Shown: positions 51,763 through 60,932 of the stretch, in pieces | Layout: every line of letters starts with the position of its first letter | How positions within the stretch are numbered: position 1 is the stretch's first letter | Sequence record: OR352947.1 | Direction: 5' to 3' (one strand) | DNA from: Escherichia phage AV117 | Length of the DNA stretch: 64,000 nt | Translations under genes and position numbers: made by a program | Notes under the pieces: generated by a model | The model's input: the letters and a program-made list of their open reading frames with translations, nothing else | The model's database searches: none | What the model was told of the DNA's origin: nothing

Positions 51763-51922
51763 TACTTTTTAAGCTTTCCTACTAAAGGTCCATCAGGTCC
51801 AGGTTGTTCTAACATGAATAAGGATGCTTTAAAAAGCAATGTCAACCCTTTCACCATTCGATACCATATCTCAAAGTCTTTTTCCTTGATTTCTAGTAAG
51901 AATTTCTCTTTAAATTTCTCTT

Positions 51923-52111
51923 TCATTTCCAAGGACTCCATGGTGGAGGGTCGTCATAATAAGAGGCAAGGTCTTTCAGGGCTTCAACAGGTAAACTAAA
52001 GCCGTGACGTTGTATAATACTATCTAGTTCATCAACAAGTTCACTACGATGCACTTTAGGAGCCTCAACTTCGGGCTCATCAAACATACTCATCAAGTCC
52101 ATATTATTCAC
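51923..52111 (-). CDS. hypothetical protein (62 aa)
   Basis: ORF track. Confidence 0.4.
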   Translation of the reverse strand: MNNMDLMSMFDEPEVEAPKVHRSELVDELDSIIQRHGFSLPVEALKDLASYYDDPPPWSPWK

Positions 52112-52568
52112 CGAGATAAAAACTAGCAGGTTCAGAGAATGTTTCTAGCGCTACACCTTTTGTCTTAAAAAATTTCCAAATAGCTCGTTGCAAATGGGTT
52201 AAATCTGCTAATGATGTAATAAAGTATTTTTTAGCAAAATACTTATGGTCTCGCTTTTCAAACAAGTCTAAACGCTTTTCAGGATTCACATAAACTGCAT
52301 TTTCCGTAGATTCATAACCTAAGTCCTTTATGCCTTCTTCAAGACTAAACGGAGAATTTTTAGAACGAGTAATAGCTCCAACTCGCTCTACACGAATTTT
52401 GTAACCTTTAGGAATCTGCAATTTACAGAATTCTTCTACGATATATTGCGGATTATTTAGACTTTTGTTAATGAGAATAGCTATTTCTAGTGGAGTCTTA
52501 TCTTCTACTGGTATATGTTTAAACGACTTGGCTTCAAGCAAATACATTTTAAATAACATAGCATCCAT
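52104..52568 (-). CDS. hypothetical protein (154 aa)
   Basis: ORF track. Confidence 0.55.
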   Translation of the reverse strand: MDAMLFKMYLLEAKSFKHIPVEDKTPLEIAILINKSLNNPQYIVEEFCKLQIPKGYKIRVERVGAITRSKNSPFSLEEGIKDLGYESTENAVYVNPEKRLDLFEKRDHKYFAKKYFITSLADLTHLQRAIWKFFKTKGVALETFSEPASFYLGE

Positions 52569-52774
52569 TATAATTTCCTCGATGGTTCACCCATATAAAG
52601 TTTTACAATACGTTCGCCTTCATCTTCGATGAGCTTCTCTTCGTGTTTCTGGAATTCTTTAGCCATATTCTCTTCAAGAACATCCAGCCAATCTTCTGGA
52701 CCGACACCATCGTCCCAGCTTTTAAACCATTTTACTATTCTGTTCATTCGCAGCTCCCTGAGCTTGAACCACAA
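52568..52774 (-). CDS. hypothetical protein (68 aa)
   Basis: ORF track. Confidence 0.45.
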   Translation of the reverse strand: MWFKLRELRMNRIVKWFKSWDDGVGPEDWLDVLEENMAKEFQKHEEKLIEDEGERIVKLYMGEPSRKL

Positions 52775-53067
52775 TCAGAATAACTTGACCCAGAATCACC
52801 AGGCCAAGACGATACGTATGAATGATTATAATCGGAAGAGCTTGAAGCATTAACCTGTTTTGTTTTTGGACGAACAACTTCTTCCATCATTCCGTCGCCG
52901 ATATATTCCCAACTTTTTTCGTGTGTATCAGGAATAGGCATCATACCTTCGCCTGGTTTAACAGCAAACAACTTCTTCAGCATCGTAAGCATTAATTGTT
53001 CCTCGAACAAAACGAACACCACCATCGTCCCAACGAATTTCGGCATTAAATTTGACGTCTTCACCAT
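52744..53067 (-). CDS. hypothetical Ser-rich protein (start uncertain, possibly near 52992)
   Basis: ORF track; overlaps neighbour unless internal start used. Confidence 0.4.
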   Translation of the reverse strand: MVKTSNLMPKFVGTMVVFVLFEEQLMLTMLKKLFAVKPGEGMMPIPDTHEKSWEYIGDGMMEEVVRPKTKQVNASSSSDYNHSYVSSWPGDSGSSYSDCGSSSGSCE

Positions 53068-53224
53068 CCATCATGAATGAGTGTACGACTACATCATCAT
53101 AATATCCAAGACCGTATTTCAACGAAACTTCTTGAGCAATCAAAGCACCTAATGTGTTATTAGGTTTAATCCAGCGATTTAACATATTGTTCTCCTCTTG
53201 AGTAAGTAAAGAATATCTTAACAC
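52958..53224 (-). CDS. hypothetical protein (88 aa)
   Basis: ORF track. Confidence 0.5.
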   Translation of the reverse strand: MLRYSLLTQEENNMLNRWIKPNNTLGALIAQEVSLKYGLGYYDDVVVHSFMMDGEDVKFNAEIRWDDGGVRFVRGTINAYDAEEVVCC

Positions 53225-53267
53225 AGTTTTTAGTGGTTGTAAACTGTAGGTAGAAACAAAAAAAAAA

Positions 53268-53285
53268 GGAATCCCGAAGGATTCC
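53268..53285 (-). terminator. intrinsic terminator after soc: GGAAUCC-UUCG-GGAUUCC followed by U9
   Basis: Hairpin plus poly-A on + strand (poly-U on transcript). Confidence 0.75.
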
Positions 53286-53294
53286 TTAAATTAT

Positions 53295-53531
53295 TTAACC
53301 GCTTACTGGTGTAGGGGTAAACATTGCGGCATTCTTAGTTTTCCAATCAGCTGCGTCAGAAACTACAGTAGAATATGCTGCCTTTTCTGATGGAAAGATT
53401 TGGTAATGAGAATCCGCAATCCGATGTTCGTTTGAATAAATCTCAAACGGTACAGAAACTTCCATACCTTTAACTTCTTTGCCTTCACCCGCTGGATGAG
53501 TAAAGGTCTTGATGTTAACGAAACCACCCAT
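53295..53531 (-). CDS. soc: small outer capsid protein Soc
   Basis: 78 aa; block HYQ.FPSEKAAYSTV matches recalled T4 Soc. Confidence 0.85.
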   Translation of the reverse strand: MGGFVNIKTFTHPAGEGKEVKGMEVSVPFEIYSNEHRIADSHYQIFPSEKAAYSTVVSDAADWKTKNAAMFTPTPVSG

Positions 53532-53562
53532 AATTAACTCCTTTGTTGTTTAATTACAGGTG

Positions 53563-53570
53563 TATTTATA
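53563..53570 (-). promoter_or_regulatory. late promoter TATAAATA for soc
   Basis: tatttata on + strand about 30 nt upstream of soc start. Confidence 0.55.
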
Positions 53571-53577
53571 TCAGTAA

Positions 53578-54099
53578 TCAGTAACCATTATCCTGGCGTT
53601 CAAAGTTGTGTTGGTTTTTCAAGTAGTAAAGTTTAAAGATTTCTTCAGCGGAAAGACCAAGACCTTGGAACATATTCAGAACAAAGTGCAGAATATCAAT
53701 CATCTCGAATTTAATTTCGAGCTGGTCTTCAGGAGACAGTTCATCGATACGACGATTTCGATATTCAGCATGTTGAGCTTTCCAAGGCTTCCATACAGAG
53801 CTAGCGGCTTTTTCACCATTGCTCATACCACCGAGTGAAGTCAACAGTTCACGGAATTCATCATCAATATAATCTTTCTGATTACGCAGCCAATCAACAA
53901 CATCGCCAGCAGTGGCCAATTCGTCAGGATGTTTGTTATGTTCAGGCTTATCATTTGCCAGACGAATCTGTAAAGATTTCTGCATATCAAGCATTACCTG
54001 CAGAGGGTCTTTATCTTCATGAATCAGAGCATTAAAATAAGCTTCTTCTGCTTTATCAACACCAGAAATAAGTTGTGAACATTCGTTAAAGTGCGCCAT
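53578..54099 (-). CDS. 56: dCTP pyrophosphatase (gp56-like, MazG-type)
   Basis: Synteny next to soc; start set to ATG with AGGA RBS (MAHFNE...). Confidence 0.6.
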   Translation of the reverse strand: MAHFNECSQLISGVDKAEEAYFNALIHEDKDPLQVMLDMQKSLQIRLANDKPEHNKHPDELATAGDVVDWLRNQKDYIDDEFRELLTSLGGMSNGEKAASSVWKPWKAQHAEYRNRRIDELSPEDQLEIKFEMIDILHFVLNMFQGLGLSAEEIFKLYYLKNQHNFERQDNGY

Positions 54100-54189
54100 T
54101 ATTTTTCCTTTCAATTCAGTATAAGAGAGTTTAATTCTAACATTAATTTTATAAAGCGTAATAAATAATAAGGTAACTAAGGAGATATT

Positions 54190-54387
54190 ATGTTTAAACT
54201 TCCATCGTTAATCAACGCTATTAAAGGCAATAAAAAGAAAACTGCTATCGCTGCAATAGTTGTAGGTGGCATTATTTCATGGAACTTCGGGATTGCGCCA
54301 TTGTTAGTTGCCCATGGTGTTATGGTTCCTTCTGTTCCATTGGATACTGTAGTTGATTTAGCCTTTGCTATTATAGGGCTTGTCTAA
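54190..54387 (+). CDS. small membrane protein (65 aa) on + strand inside minus-strand early region
   Basis: Strong RBS AAGGAGATATT-ATG; hydrophobic segments. Confidence 0.55.
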   Translation: MFKLPSLINAIKGNKKKTAIAAIVVGGIISWNFGIAPLLVAHGVMVPSVPLDTVVDLAFAIIGLV

Positions 54388-55406
54388 ATCTTAGAATAAT
54401 GAGATAATCTCATTTTAGCATGCAACCCACTTGAAATATTCTGTTTCATATATTCTAAAATTTCTTGTGGTGTTGCATTTTCTTTCATTACCATATCATT
54501 CACATCCTTTGATCTCCACGGAGCTCGGTCCCAGAACATGACACGTTCGCCTGCATCAACTAATCGCTTCATGCGAGCTATAGTATCCGGATGCCTAGGT
54601 TCATTATCCATTACCCATACCCGACGTTCTTTAAATGGTACCACATCTAAATCTATTGAGCCGCCTGTAATAGCGATTGCATTGGGTATGAATAAACTAT
54701 CAATAGGGCCTTCCATCACCCAGACGTCTCCTTCCTTAACACGTTCAACACCATAAATTTTTGTTGCAGACTCAAACGCTTTAATAGTGATATATTTCTG
54801 AGGAGCATCTTTACGAAGTGCACGTCCTTGGAATGACTCAGCCTTCCCATCTTTATTAAAAATAGGAATCACTAAACGTGGTTCGGGAATCTCTTTCTTA
54901 TACGTACCAGGTTGAATCTTGTTGACCAATTTAGGCCATTCTAATGTGAACCATAATCTGTCCCATGATTCTTTAGGAATGCATCGAGACTTAACATATT
55001 TCACAATAGGATGCTCTTCAGGCAGCTTGTCCAGACGAGAACAAGACGGCAAAGAATTTATAGTCTTTTTCTCCGGTTCTGGTTTATGTTCAGGAACCTT
55101 TTCAATCTTTGGTTCCATTCTAGCTTTTTCTTTACGAACTTCCATTAGATATTCGCGGTAAAGCTCTTCATCATACTCTTTTAAGTATCCGGAAATTGTA
55201 TTGTGGTATTGACAATTATAGCAATGTACATTACCAGGAGTACCGCCATAATACCATCCGCGAGCTTTCATTGCATCTGTCTGGGAGTCGCCACAAACCG
55301 GACAACGAAATGTTAATTTAAATGTACTTGAATTATTGATTTGTCTAAAACGAGGGAGGTGAGAAAACGCACGATAAGCAAATTCATTATCTATCCATTC
55401 AGCCAT
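54384..55406 (-). CDS. 61: DNA primase gp61
   Basis: 340 aa; zinc-ribbon CPVCGD...CYNC and Toprim-like core. Confidence 0.9.
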   Translation of the reverse strand: MAEWIDNEFAYRAFSHLPRFRQINNSSTFKLTFRCPVCGDSQTDAMKARGWYYGGTPGNVHCYNCQYHNTISGYLKEYDEELYREYLMEVRKEKARMEPKIEKVPEHKPEPEKKTINSLPSCSRLDKLPEEHPIVKYVKSRCIPKESWDRLWFTLEWPKLVNKIQPGTYKKEIPEPRLVIPIFNKDGKAESFQGRALRKDAPQKYITIKAFESATKIYGVERVKEGDVWVMEGPIDSLFIPNAIAITGGSIDLDVVPFKERRVWVMDNEPRHPDTIARMKRLVDAGERVMFWDRAPWRSKDVNDMVMKENATPQEILEYMKQNISSGLHAKMRLSHYSKI

Positions 55407-55445
55407 AGTATTCTCCAGAGGCCTTAAATTAATAAGGCCATCATA

Positions 55446-55940
55446 TCACAACTTATTAATATTTACTTTAATTCGCTTTCTTTTCTTGGAAGGAATTTGT
55501 TCTGGACCTTTATTTACGACTGCACCTGTAGTTGTTCCTGATGCAATAGCTTGAGGACTACCGCCTGAATCACCAGCAACCATATCCTCAAATAAAGGGA
55601 GTTCTTTAAATATTTCTTTCTGTTGTTCTTCCGTAATGTTATAGCGTGAAGCTACAGCACTCCAGGCAGACATCATTGAGGCCATTCCATTAAGACCTGG
55701 AACAGTGCTCATCATTCGCTTCATTGAACGAACTGAAGCATGAAAAGGTGTATACGCAGCTTTCTCTTCGGGAGTAGAAGGACGTTTAAGAACACTTCCA
55801 CGTTCATCGATGATTTTGGCTTCGTATGCTTTCCATTCGGTAAAAGGTTTTTGCATTAGTCGAATAAACTTATATGCGTAAACAGAATCTATTGCAGTGT
55901 TAATAATACCCATAGGTACCTCCTGAGTATATTTAATCAA
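55446..55940 (-). CDS. hypothetical protein (164 aa)
   Basis: ORF track. Confidence 0.55.
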   Translation of the reverse strand: MIKYTQEVPMGIINTAIDSVYAYKFIRLMQKPFTEWKAYEAKIIDERGSVLKRPSTPEEKAAYTPFHASVRSMKRMMSTVPGLNGMASMMSAWSAVASRYNITEEQQKEIFKELPLFEDMVAGDSGGSPQAIASGTTTGAVVNKGPEQIPSKKRKRIKVNINKL

Positions 55941-56130
55941 TTACAAAGATTGCTTTGTCACCATTTATATCTGTGACTTCATATGTAGTGCCTTCATACT
56001 GTGGAATATTCCAAATTACACCATCATTAGCTTTTACGCTAATATGGTATTGGTGTTTTGAAACAACTTCATAATCTTCAAAACTTGTAAAAACACTAAT
56101 TTTAGAACCAGTGCAAATTGCAGTAGTCAT
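55933..56130 (-). CDS. hypothetical protein (65 aa)
   Basis: ORF track. Confidence 0.45.
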   Translation of the reverse strand: MTTAICTGSKISVFTSFEDYEVVSKHQYHISVKANDGVIWNIPQYEGTTYEVTDINGDKAIFVID

Positions 56131-56131
56131 T

Positions 56132-56791
56132 TTAACCTCGATTCATAAATGCATTAAATATTTGGTCATCAACAGAAATTTCTAATTCGACTTCAATTGC
56201 TTCAGCCTTTTCTTCAGGTGGTAATTCGTATCCACACACTACAATTTTTTCATCAATATCAAAATATACGGAAGCAATATGATTAATGTTATTTTCGGTT
56301 AAGTCTAAATCAACATCAACATCTTTTTGACCTACACTTAAAGGATAACTAATACGGGTTATTTTATTATCTTTAACAAAGAGACCACCGACATACTCTG
56401 TACTACGTTTGAAGTTTACACGTTTCCGAAATGAAAGATATGATGCATCTTTACCGTGAGCTCGGCTCATAGGACATAATGAATAGCTAGAATAAGAGAT
56501 GTCAAATCCTACACCTTCAATATGAGCCAACGCGTCATGATTAAACCAATTATAATCATATGCCAAATCCATTATATTGTAATATGTGAAAGGCACCGGA
56601 TTAACATCATACGTTGTACCTTTAAAATCTGCCCAGGCAACGATTTCGTTATCTTTAACAATTACAAAAATTACACCAATATGGTATCCGTTATTATTTT
56701 CGTTCGGCGTTATATTATAACATTGTGCATTAGGAAATTTACCATATTTAAATGGCGCATTTTTGTGCATATAATAAATCATATTATTCAC
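56132..56791 (-). CDS. hypothetical protein (219 aa)
   Basis: ORF track. Confidence 0.55.
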   Translation of the reverse strand: MNNMIYYMHKNAPFKYGKFPNAQCYNITPNENNNGYHIGVIFVIVKDNEIVAWADFKGTTYDVNPVPFTYYNIMDLAYDYNWFNHDALAHIEGVGFDISYSSYSLCPMSRAHGKDASYLSFRKRVNFKRSTEYVGGLFVKDNKITRISYPLSVGQKDVDVDLDLTENNINHIASVYFDIDEKIVVCGYELPPEEKAEAIEVELEISVDDQIFNAFMNRG

Positions 56792-57077
56792 CTGTGATTT
56801 CGGTTACGATATCTTTGTTATCGAAATTAGGGTCACAATACAAAACATAATTGTACTGCATGATGCCGCCAGTCTTAAGTTGTTCAACAACTTTATTAAC
56901 CATATTAGGACGGTCTCGTTTAGTGATGTTCATGATATCAGAGAAGATTTGTTGTTCAACATCTTCTTGATTTGCAGTCATTGACCACTCACAGAGGTCT
57001 TTATCATAACCTGCTGTAACTGGAGCCGGTGCACATGATACTGCAAGTAAGATTGCTGCCAATGATAACTTTTTCAT
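56784..57077 (-). CDS. secreted/periplasmic protein with signal peptide (Sp/spackle-like position)
   Basis: 97 aa; N-terminus MKKLSLAAILLAVSCAPAPVTA. Confidence 0.5.
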   Translation of the reverse strand: MKKLSLAAILLAVSCAPAPVTAGYDKDLCEWSMTANQEDVEQQIFSDIMNITKRDRPNMVNKVVEQLKTGGIMQYNYVLYCDPNFDNKDIVTEITGE

Positions 57078-57106
57078 TTTAACTCCTTAGTTGATTTGAT
57101 AGGACT

Positions 57107-57136
57107 ACTATACTATAGTCCATCTATAATGTAAAC
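57107..57136 (-). promoter_or_regulatory. early-type promoter-like element (-35 GTTTAC) with GGACTA/TAGTCC inverted repeat
   Basis: gtaaac 57131-57136. Confidence 0.45.
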
Positions 57137-57140
57137 AAGT

Positions 57141-57389
57141 TTATTCTTTTTCGCGAATAATAATTACTTGTTGAGTCTGCTGAGCAGATTTCTTTTCGGC
57201 AACGATAGACCAAATTAAAGTTCCAATCCAACCAACCATCGTCCAGTTAAAGAGTAAAGATACAAAGAAGATTGCTGTTGTGCTTTTTGTGCCACGAATA
57301 AGTGCGATTACCCAAGGCAACATGTAAATGATGATTGAACCAATACCTGCGATTAAAACTGCTACTGAACTAGCTACGAATAATTCCAT
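57141..57389 (-). CDS. small integral membrane protein (82 aa, 2 predicted TM)
   Basis: Hydrophobic segments. Confidence 0.5.
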   Translation of the reverse strand: MELFVASSVAVLIAGIGSIIIYMLPWVIALIRGTKSTTAIFFVSLLFNWTMVGWIGTLIWSIVAEKKSAQQTQQVIIIREKE

Positions 57390-57417
57390 GTTAATTTCCT
57401 CTTGATTTGTTATGTTT

Positions 57418-57447
57418 ATAATATCTTGTTTTGACTTTGGCGTAAAC
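57418..57447 (-). promoter_or_regulatory. early-type promoter-like element (-35 GTTTAC, -10 TATTAT)
   Basis: gtaaac 57442-57447. Confidence 0.45.
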
Positions 57448-57450
57448 CAA

Positions 57451-57819
57451 TTAATTAAATTTGTTTAAACGTTCAATACACTGGACGTAGTTATTTGCGA
57501 TTTGTTTCTGGGTAGGCTCTTTACCGGTTGTTTCAACATAGCGAATGAATGCTATTTCAGTAGCCTGTAGACAATGTTCTTTAACGCGTTGTTCTTTTGG
57601 CAATGCTACAGTATCAGAGTCACGATAACGTTGAGCATGGGCATCAGCTTGAATCATTCGATTACCTACAGTAACCGGGTCTTCCACTTCAACTTTAGGT
57701 TGGTCATACTGTTTAACATTCGGATTGTAAATCAGTTGGCCAACGTTATTAGGGATAAAGCCATGGGCACCACATCCGGTTAATCCAAATACCATTGCTA
57801 AAGCGATTAATTTTTTCAT
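57451..57819 (-). CDS. putative lipoprotein (122 aa; LTGC lipobox)
   Basis: N-terminus MKKLIALAMVFGLTGCGA. Confidence 0.55.
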   Translation of the reverse strand: MKKLIALAMVFGLTGCGAHGFIPNNVGQLIYNPNVKQYDQPKVEVEDPVTVGNRMIQADAHAQRYRDSDTVALPKEQRVKEHCLQATEIAFIRYVETTGKEPTQKQIANNYVQCIERLNKFN

Positions 57820-57837
57820 TTCAATTTCCTCTGTAGT

Positions 57838-57867
57838 TGATAGAAAGATAGTAACACAGTATGCGAT
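57838..57867 (-). promoter_or_regulatory. early-type promoter-like element (-35 GTTTAC, -10 TACTAT)
   Basis: gtaaac 57862-57867. Confidence 0.45.
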
Positions 57868-57879
57868 GCTTGTAAACAG

Positions 57880-58092
57880 CTATTTTAAACTTTTGCGAAA
57901 TTTGCGTTTTTCTTGACGAATCTGTCGTTTAGTCGGACGTACAGCAAATTTAACGAAGTCCACTTTGCCATGTGGAAACTTTTCAGATGCTTCACAGTCC
58001 ATCATTAGTTCCCATCCTTCCAGAATAAGAGCTTTCCATTGCGTAGTTGATGCAAATTCGTATGTTGATGGTTTAAACACAGTTGAATACAT
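57880..58092 (-). CDS. hypothetical protein (70 aa)
   Basis: ORF track. Confidence 0.45.
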   Translation of the reverse strand: MYSTVFKPSTYEFASTTQWKALILEGWELMMDCEASEKFPHGKVDFVKFAVRPTKRQIRQEKRKFRKSLK

Positions 58093-58093
58093 A

Positions 58094-58306
58094 TTATCCT
58101 CTTAAATCAGCTTCAAAAACTTTCTCGTCATTAACAAATGCTTTAACTAATGCGTTGTTCACTTCAGCAAGTTGTACAGCAACCCACTCAATTTCTTCAC
58201 GGTCACCTGATAACATGATATCTTTAGTGAACATCTCACCGCTTTTAAACCAACCAATAAAAGTAACTTTAGTTAATTTGCTCATATTTCCTCGCAAAAT
58301 GCCCAT
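58094..58306 (-). CDS. hypothetical protein (70 aa)
   Basis: ORF track. Confidence 0.45.
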   Translation of the reverse strand: MGILRGNMSKLTKVTFIGWFKSGEMFTKDIMLSGDREEIEWVAVQLAEVNNALVKAFVNDEKVFEADLRG

Positions 58307-58599
58307 TCAGCGTGATAAACTGTAGCACCTTTAGTATCATTCATTTGAACTACATCTACCGGAGAAATTACTCGATAGAGACGTGGTTCACCTCCATAAG
58401 AGCGTGCTGCTCGTCCTGCATAAATCTTTGCTAAACCGATATCTTCAGTAAAGAATACCCGATCCAAGTTTTTCTTACGTCCTGTTTCAGACAGAACTCC
58501 TGTTTCTTCAGGAGGACAAAGCATGTTTTCGATGTTAGCTGAACTACTTGAACCGTGATAAAAAATCTTAAATTCTGCTTTACAATCGATGGTTTTCAT
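58282..58599 (-). CDS. hypothetical protein (105 aa)
   Basis: ORF track. Confidence 0.5.
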   Translation of the reverse strand: MKTIDCKAEFKIFYHGSSSSANIENMLCPPEETGVLSETGRKKNLDRVFFTEDIGLAKIYAGRAARSYGGEPRLYRVISPVDVVQMNDTKGATVYHAEWAFCEEI

Positions 58600-58625
58600 T
58601 TTGTTCTCCAGTAGTTGATAGGTCT

Positions 58626-58654
58626 ATAATAACACAACTACTGGAGAAGTAAAC
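58626..58654 (-). promoter_or_regulatory. early promoter (-35 GTTTAC, 17 nt, -10 TATTAT); spacer carries reverse complement of downstream SD region
   Basis: gtaaac 58649-58654; ataata 58626-58631; inverted repeat 58606-58617 / 58635-58648. Confidence 0.55.
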
Positions 58655-59029
58655 TTAAAAACGTAATTTAGATACATCTGCGTTGATTTCGCTTTGGTTT
58701 GCGTCGTATGCAATTAAACGAACAGCTTTAGATGGGTCATTCAATGCATAGAAATGATGGAACATTGCTCGAACGATATCACCATTTACGAGTTCTACCT
58801 GGATAGGAGAACCTTTTTCGAGTTGGAAATGTTCATAAGCTTTGATGGTTCGCAGATAATCAAGTTTTTGATTTCCGGCTCCAACAATTTGTACAATACG
58901 TTTGCCCATGTTTTCCATACGAGATACAATAGTTTTAGGAGCAAGAATAACGTAGGTTGCCAGCGGAGAAACTACTTCAACAGTTGTGTTTTCGGTGATT
59001 GCAGTAAAAATTGCTTGAGACATATTCAT
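58655..59029 (-). CDS. hypothetical protein (124 aa)
   Basis: ORF track. Confidence 0.5.
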   Translation of the reverse strand: MNMSQAIFTAITENTTVEVVSPLATYVILAPKTIVSRMENMGKRIVQIVGAGNQKLDYLRTIKAYEHFQLEKGSPIQVELVNGDIVRAMFHHFYALNDPSKAVRLIAYDANQSEINADVSKLRF

Positions 59030-59058
59030 AATGTTTTCCTCTTGGTTTGTGTAAGTAC

Positions 59059-59088
59059 ATCATATCATGCCTAGAGGAAGATGTAAAC
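59059..59088 (-). promoter_or_regulatory. early-type promoter-like element (-35 GTTTAC) directly downstream of gp41 terminator hairpin
   Basis: gtaaac 59083-59088. Confidence 0.4.
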
Positions 59089-59094
59089 CCCGAA

Positions 59095-59112
59095 AGGAGA
59101 CCGAAGTCTCCT
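59095..59112 (-). terminator. UUCG-tetraloop hairpin terminator after gene 41 (AGGAGAC-UUCG-GUCUCCU)
   Basis: 7-bp stem; T-run follows on + strand side. Confidence 0.55.
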
Positions 59113-59117
59113 TTTTG

Positions 59118-60560
59118 TTAAAATTTTAACTCATTGGCTAAGCTATCTAGGTCAGCACGTGTTGCTTTGGCTTTACCTACGCGTTCCGTACGATTCACCT
59201 CTGCCTGACGCATCTGAGCACCTGCGTTTTCATTTACTGTGTTAGGTGTGTTCATGCCTTCTTGCTCAATCTCAACCCATTTCTGGTTGCCTTTACGTAC
59301 ACCCATCAGGAATTTATTCCACTTATTCTTATCACCATATCGTGATTTGATCTGTTTGATAAGTTGTTGTTCAGCTTGTGCAAGTTCTTCGGTTTCAATT
59401 ACGGCCAACATGAAATCTGCTGTTGCTGGTAAACCTGCTGATTCTGCAATATCACTCATGTTCATATCCGAAGCATCCCATGCTGCACGTCCTACTTGAG
59501 CTGCAGTCCATAGAACTGTTTCAGATTCTACTGCTAATGCACGAAGTTCTTCTGCGATAGCTTTAACTAATGTGTAGCTATTTTCAGTGTAAACTCTGAT
59601 ACGACAAGACCCACAAATACCTAAGTAATCAACCATGATTACAGATGGCACAAAGTTCTTCTTGAGTTTCAATTCATTAAGCAATGCACGGAATGTATTA
59701 GCATTAGCTCCGCCAGTAGGATACTGTTTAACTACTAAACGTCCTAATGTTGTTTTTGAACGCCATTTTTCCATCTTGGCTTTATATTCAGCATAAGATA
59801 CGTTACCATCATCAATATCATCAAGTGATACGTCAAGCATGTTTGCATCTATACGCTTAGCGCAAACTTCTTCGGCCATTTCCATGGAAATATAAAGAAC
59901 ATTATGACCTGTTTGAAGATAATCTGCAGCAAGTGAACAAAGGCCTAAAGATTTACCAACGTTAACACCAGCCATTAAAACATTCAGCGTACCGGTTTCA
60001 GCACCACCTTTAGTGATTTTATTCAGAACGTTTAATTTGAACGGGACCTTACGTGCTTTATTTAGATAAGAAAGCCAGCGTGCTTCATAGTCTTCCATCC
60101 AGTCATGTCCAACATAACTATCAAACGAAATTGAAAGTGCTTGACGCATAATATCAGGAATAGCTCCTACGTCAGGCATTTTCTTGTTACGTTGTTCTGG
60201 AGGTAGTTCAGCATTAGACTGAATCTCAATGATTTTGGACGTAGCGTTATACATCGCTTTTTGCTGGACGTATTTCTCAGTTTCTTTAACCAACCATTCG
60301 TGGTCTTCAGGAGTATCAGCCAATTTTTCAATTAGGTCTGAAGTTCCTTTATATTCAGCTTCAGTTAAAGAACTGTTATCTAAAGCCACCTTTAATGCAT
60401 TTATAGACGGCATTGCATTATATTCGTTAACGTGGCTCTTTATAATTTTAAAGACATTTTTTGCCGGTCCACGCTCAAAATACTCAGAATCCATATAAGG
60501 CCAGACCTTAGAAAAATAAGCCTGGTCATATACTAGATGAGACAAAATAATTTCTACCAC
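59118..60560 (-). CDS. 41: replicative DNA helicase gp41 (DnaB-like)
   Basis: 480 aa; Walker A GVNVGKS; matches recalled T4 gp41. Confidence 0.95.
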   Translation of the reverse strand: MVEIILSHLVYDQAYFSKVWPYMDSEYFERGPAKNVFKIIKSHVNEYNAMPSINALKVALDNSSLTEAEYKGTSDLIEKLADTPEDHEWLVKETEKYVQQKAMYNATSKIIEIQSNAELPPEQRNKKMPDVGAIPDIMRQALSISFDSYVGHDWMEDYEARWLSYLNKARKVPFKLNVLNKITKGGAETGTLNVLMAGVNVGKSLGLCSLAADYLQTGHNVLYISMEMAEEVCAKRIDANMLDVSLDDIDDGNVSYAEYKAKMEKWRSKTTLGRLVVKQYPTGGANANTFRALLNELKLKKNFVPSVIMVDYLGICGSCRIRVYTENSYTLVKAIAEELRALAVESETVLWTAAQVGRAAWDASDMNMSDIAESAGLPATADFMLAVIETEELAQAEQQLIKQIKSRYGDKNKWNKFLMGVRKGNQKWVEIEQEGMNTPNTVNENAGAQMRQAEVNRTERVGKAKATRADLDSLANELKF

Positions 60561-60569
60561 GATAACTCC

Positions 60570-60932
60570 TTAAAAGAATTTAAATTTTTTCTTGGTCCGT
60601 TCATTAAAAGCTTGTTGTACTTGCATTGTAACACATTTTTCAACATGCGGTGCAAGTTCTGCTTTTCTGTCCTGGTCAAGAACTGCAAAGTCCATTACGA
60701 TTTTACCATCAACCCAGTCTAGTTTTGTAATATAGACTATATGATGAGAACCATCTTCAAGTGTAATCAGAATCTCTTGAATGACATTTTCCATTGCTGA
60801 ACGGATAATTTTAAGAGATTCATTAAACACTCGTTCTTTGCGAATGTCTTCCCCTTCCGAAGAAGGGGATTCATCAACGATTTCTAGATTTAAATCATCG
60901 AGATTATTCATCGAAATCTTCCATTTCGTCAA
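60570..60932 (-). CDS. 40: gp40-like head assembly accessory protein
   Basis: 120 aa; synteny between uvsX and 41. Confidence 0.6.
   Translation of the reverse strand: MTKWKISMNNLDDLNLEIVDESPSSEGEDIRKERVFNESLKIIRSAMENVIQEILITLEDGSHHIVYITKLDWVDGKIVMDFAVLDQDRKAELAPHVEKCVTMQVQQAFNERTKKKFKFF

Noticed and set aside
55421-55440. Inverted repeat GGCCTTAAATTAATAAGGCC upstream of gene 61 as a possible promoter or terminator
   Set aside because: No adjacent -35/-10 match and no U-run; function undetermined from sequence alone
60851-60868. UUCG hairpin (CCCCUUC-UUCG-GAAGGGG) inside the gp40 coding sequence, as a possible internal terminator
   Set aside because: Lies within an intact ORF with no following U-run; could affect RNA stability but there is no evidence for termination, so not called as a feature
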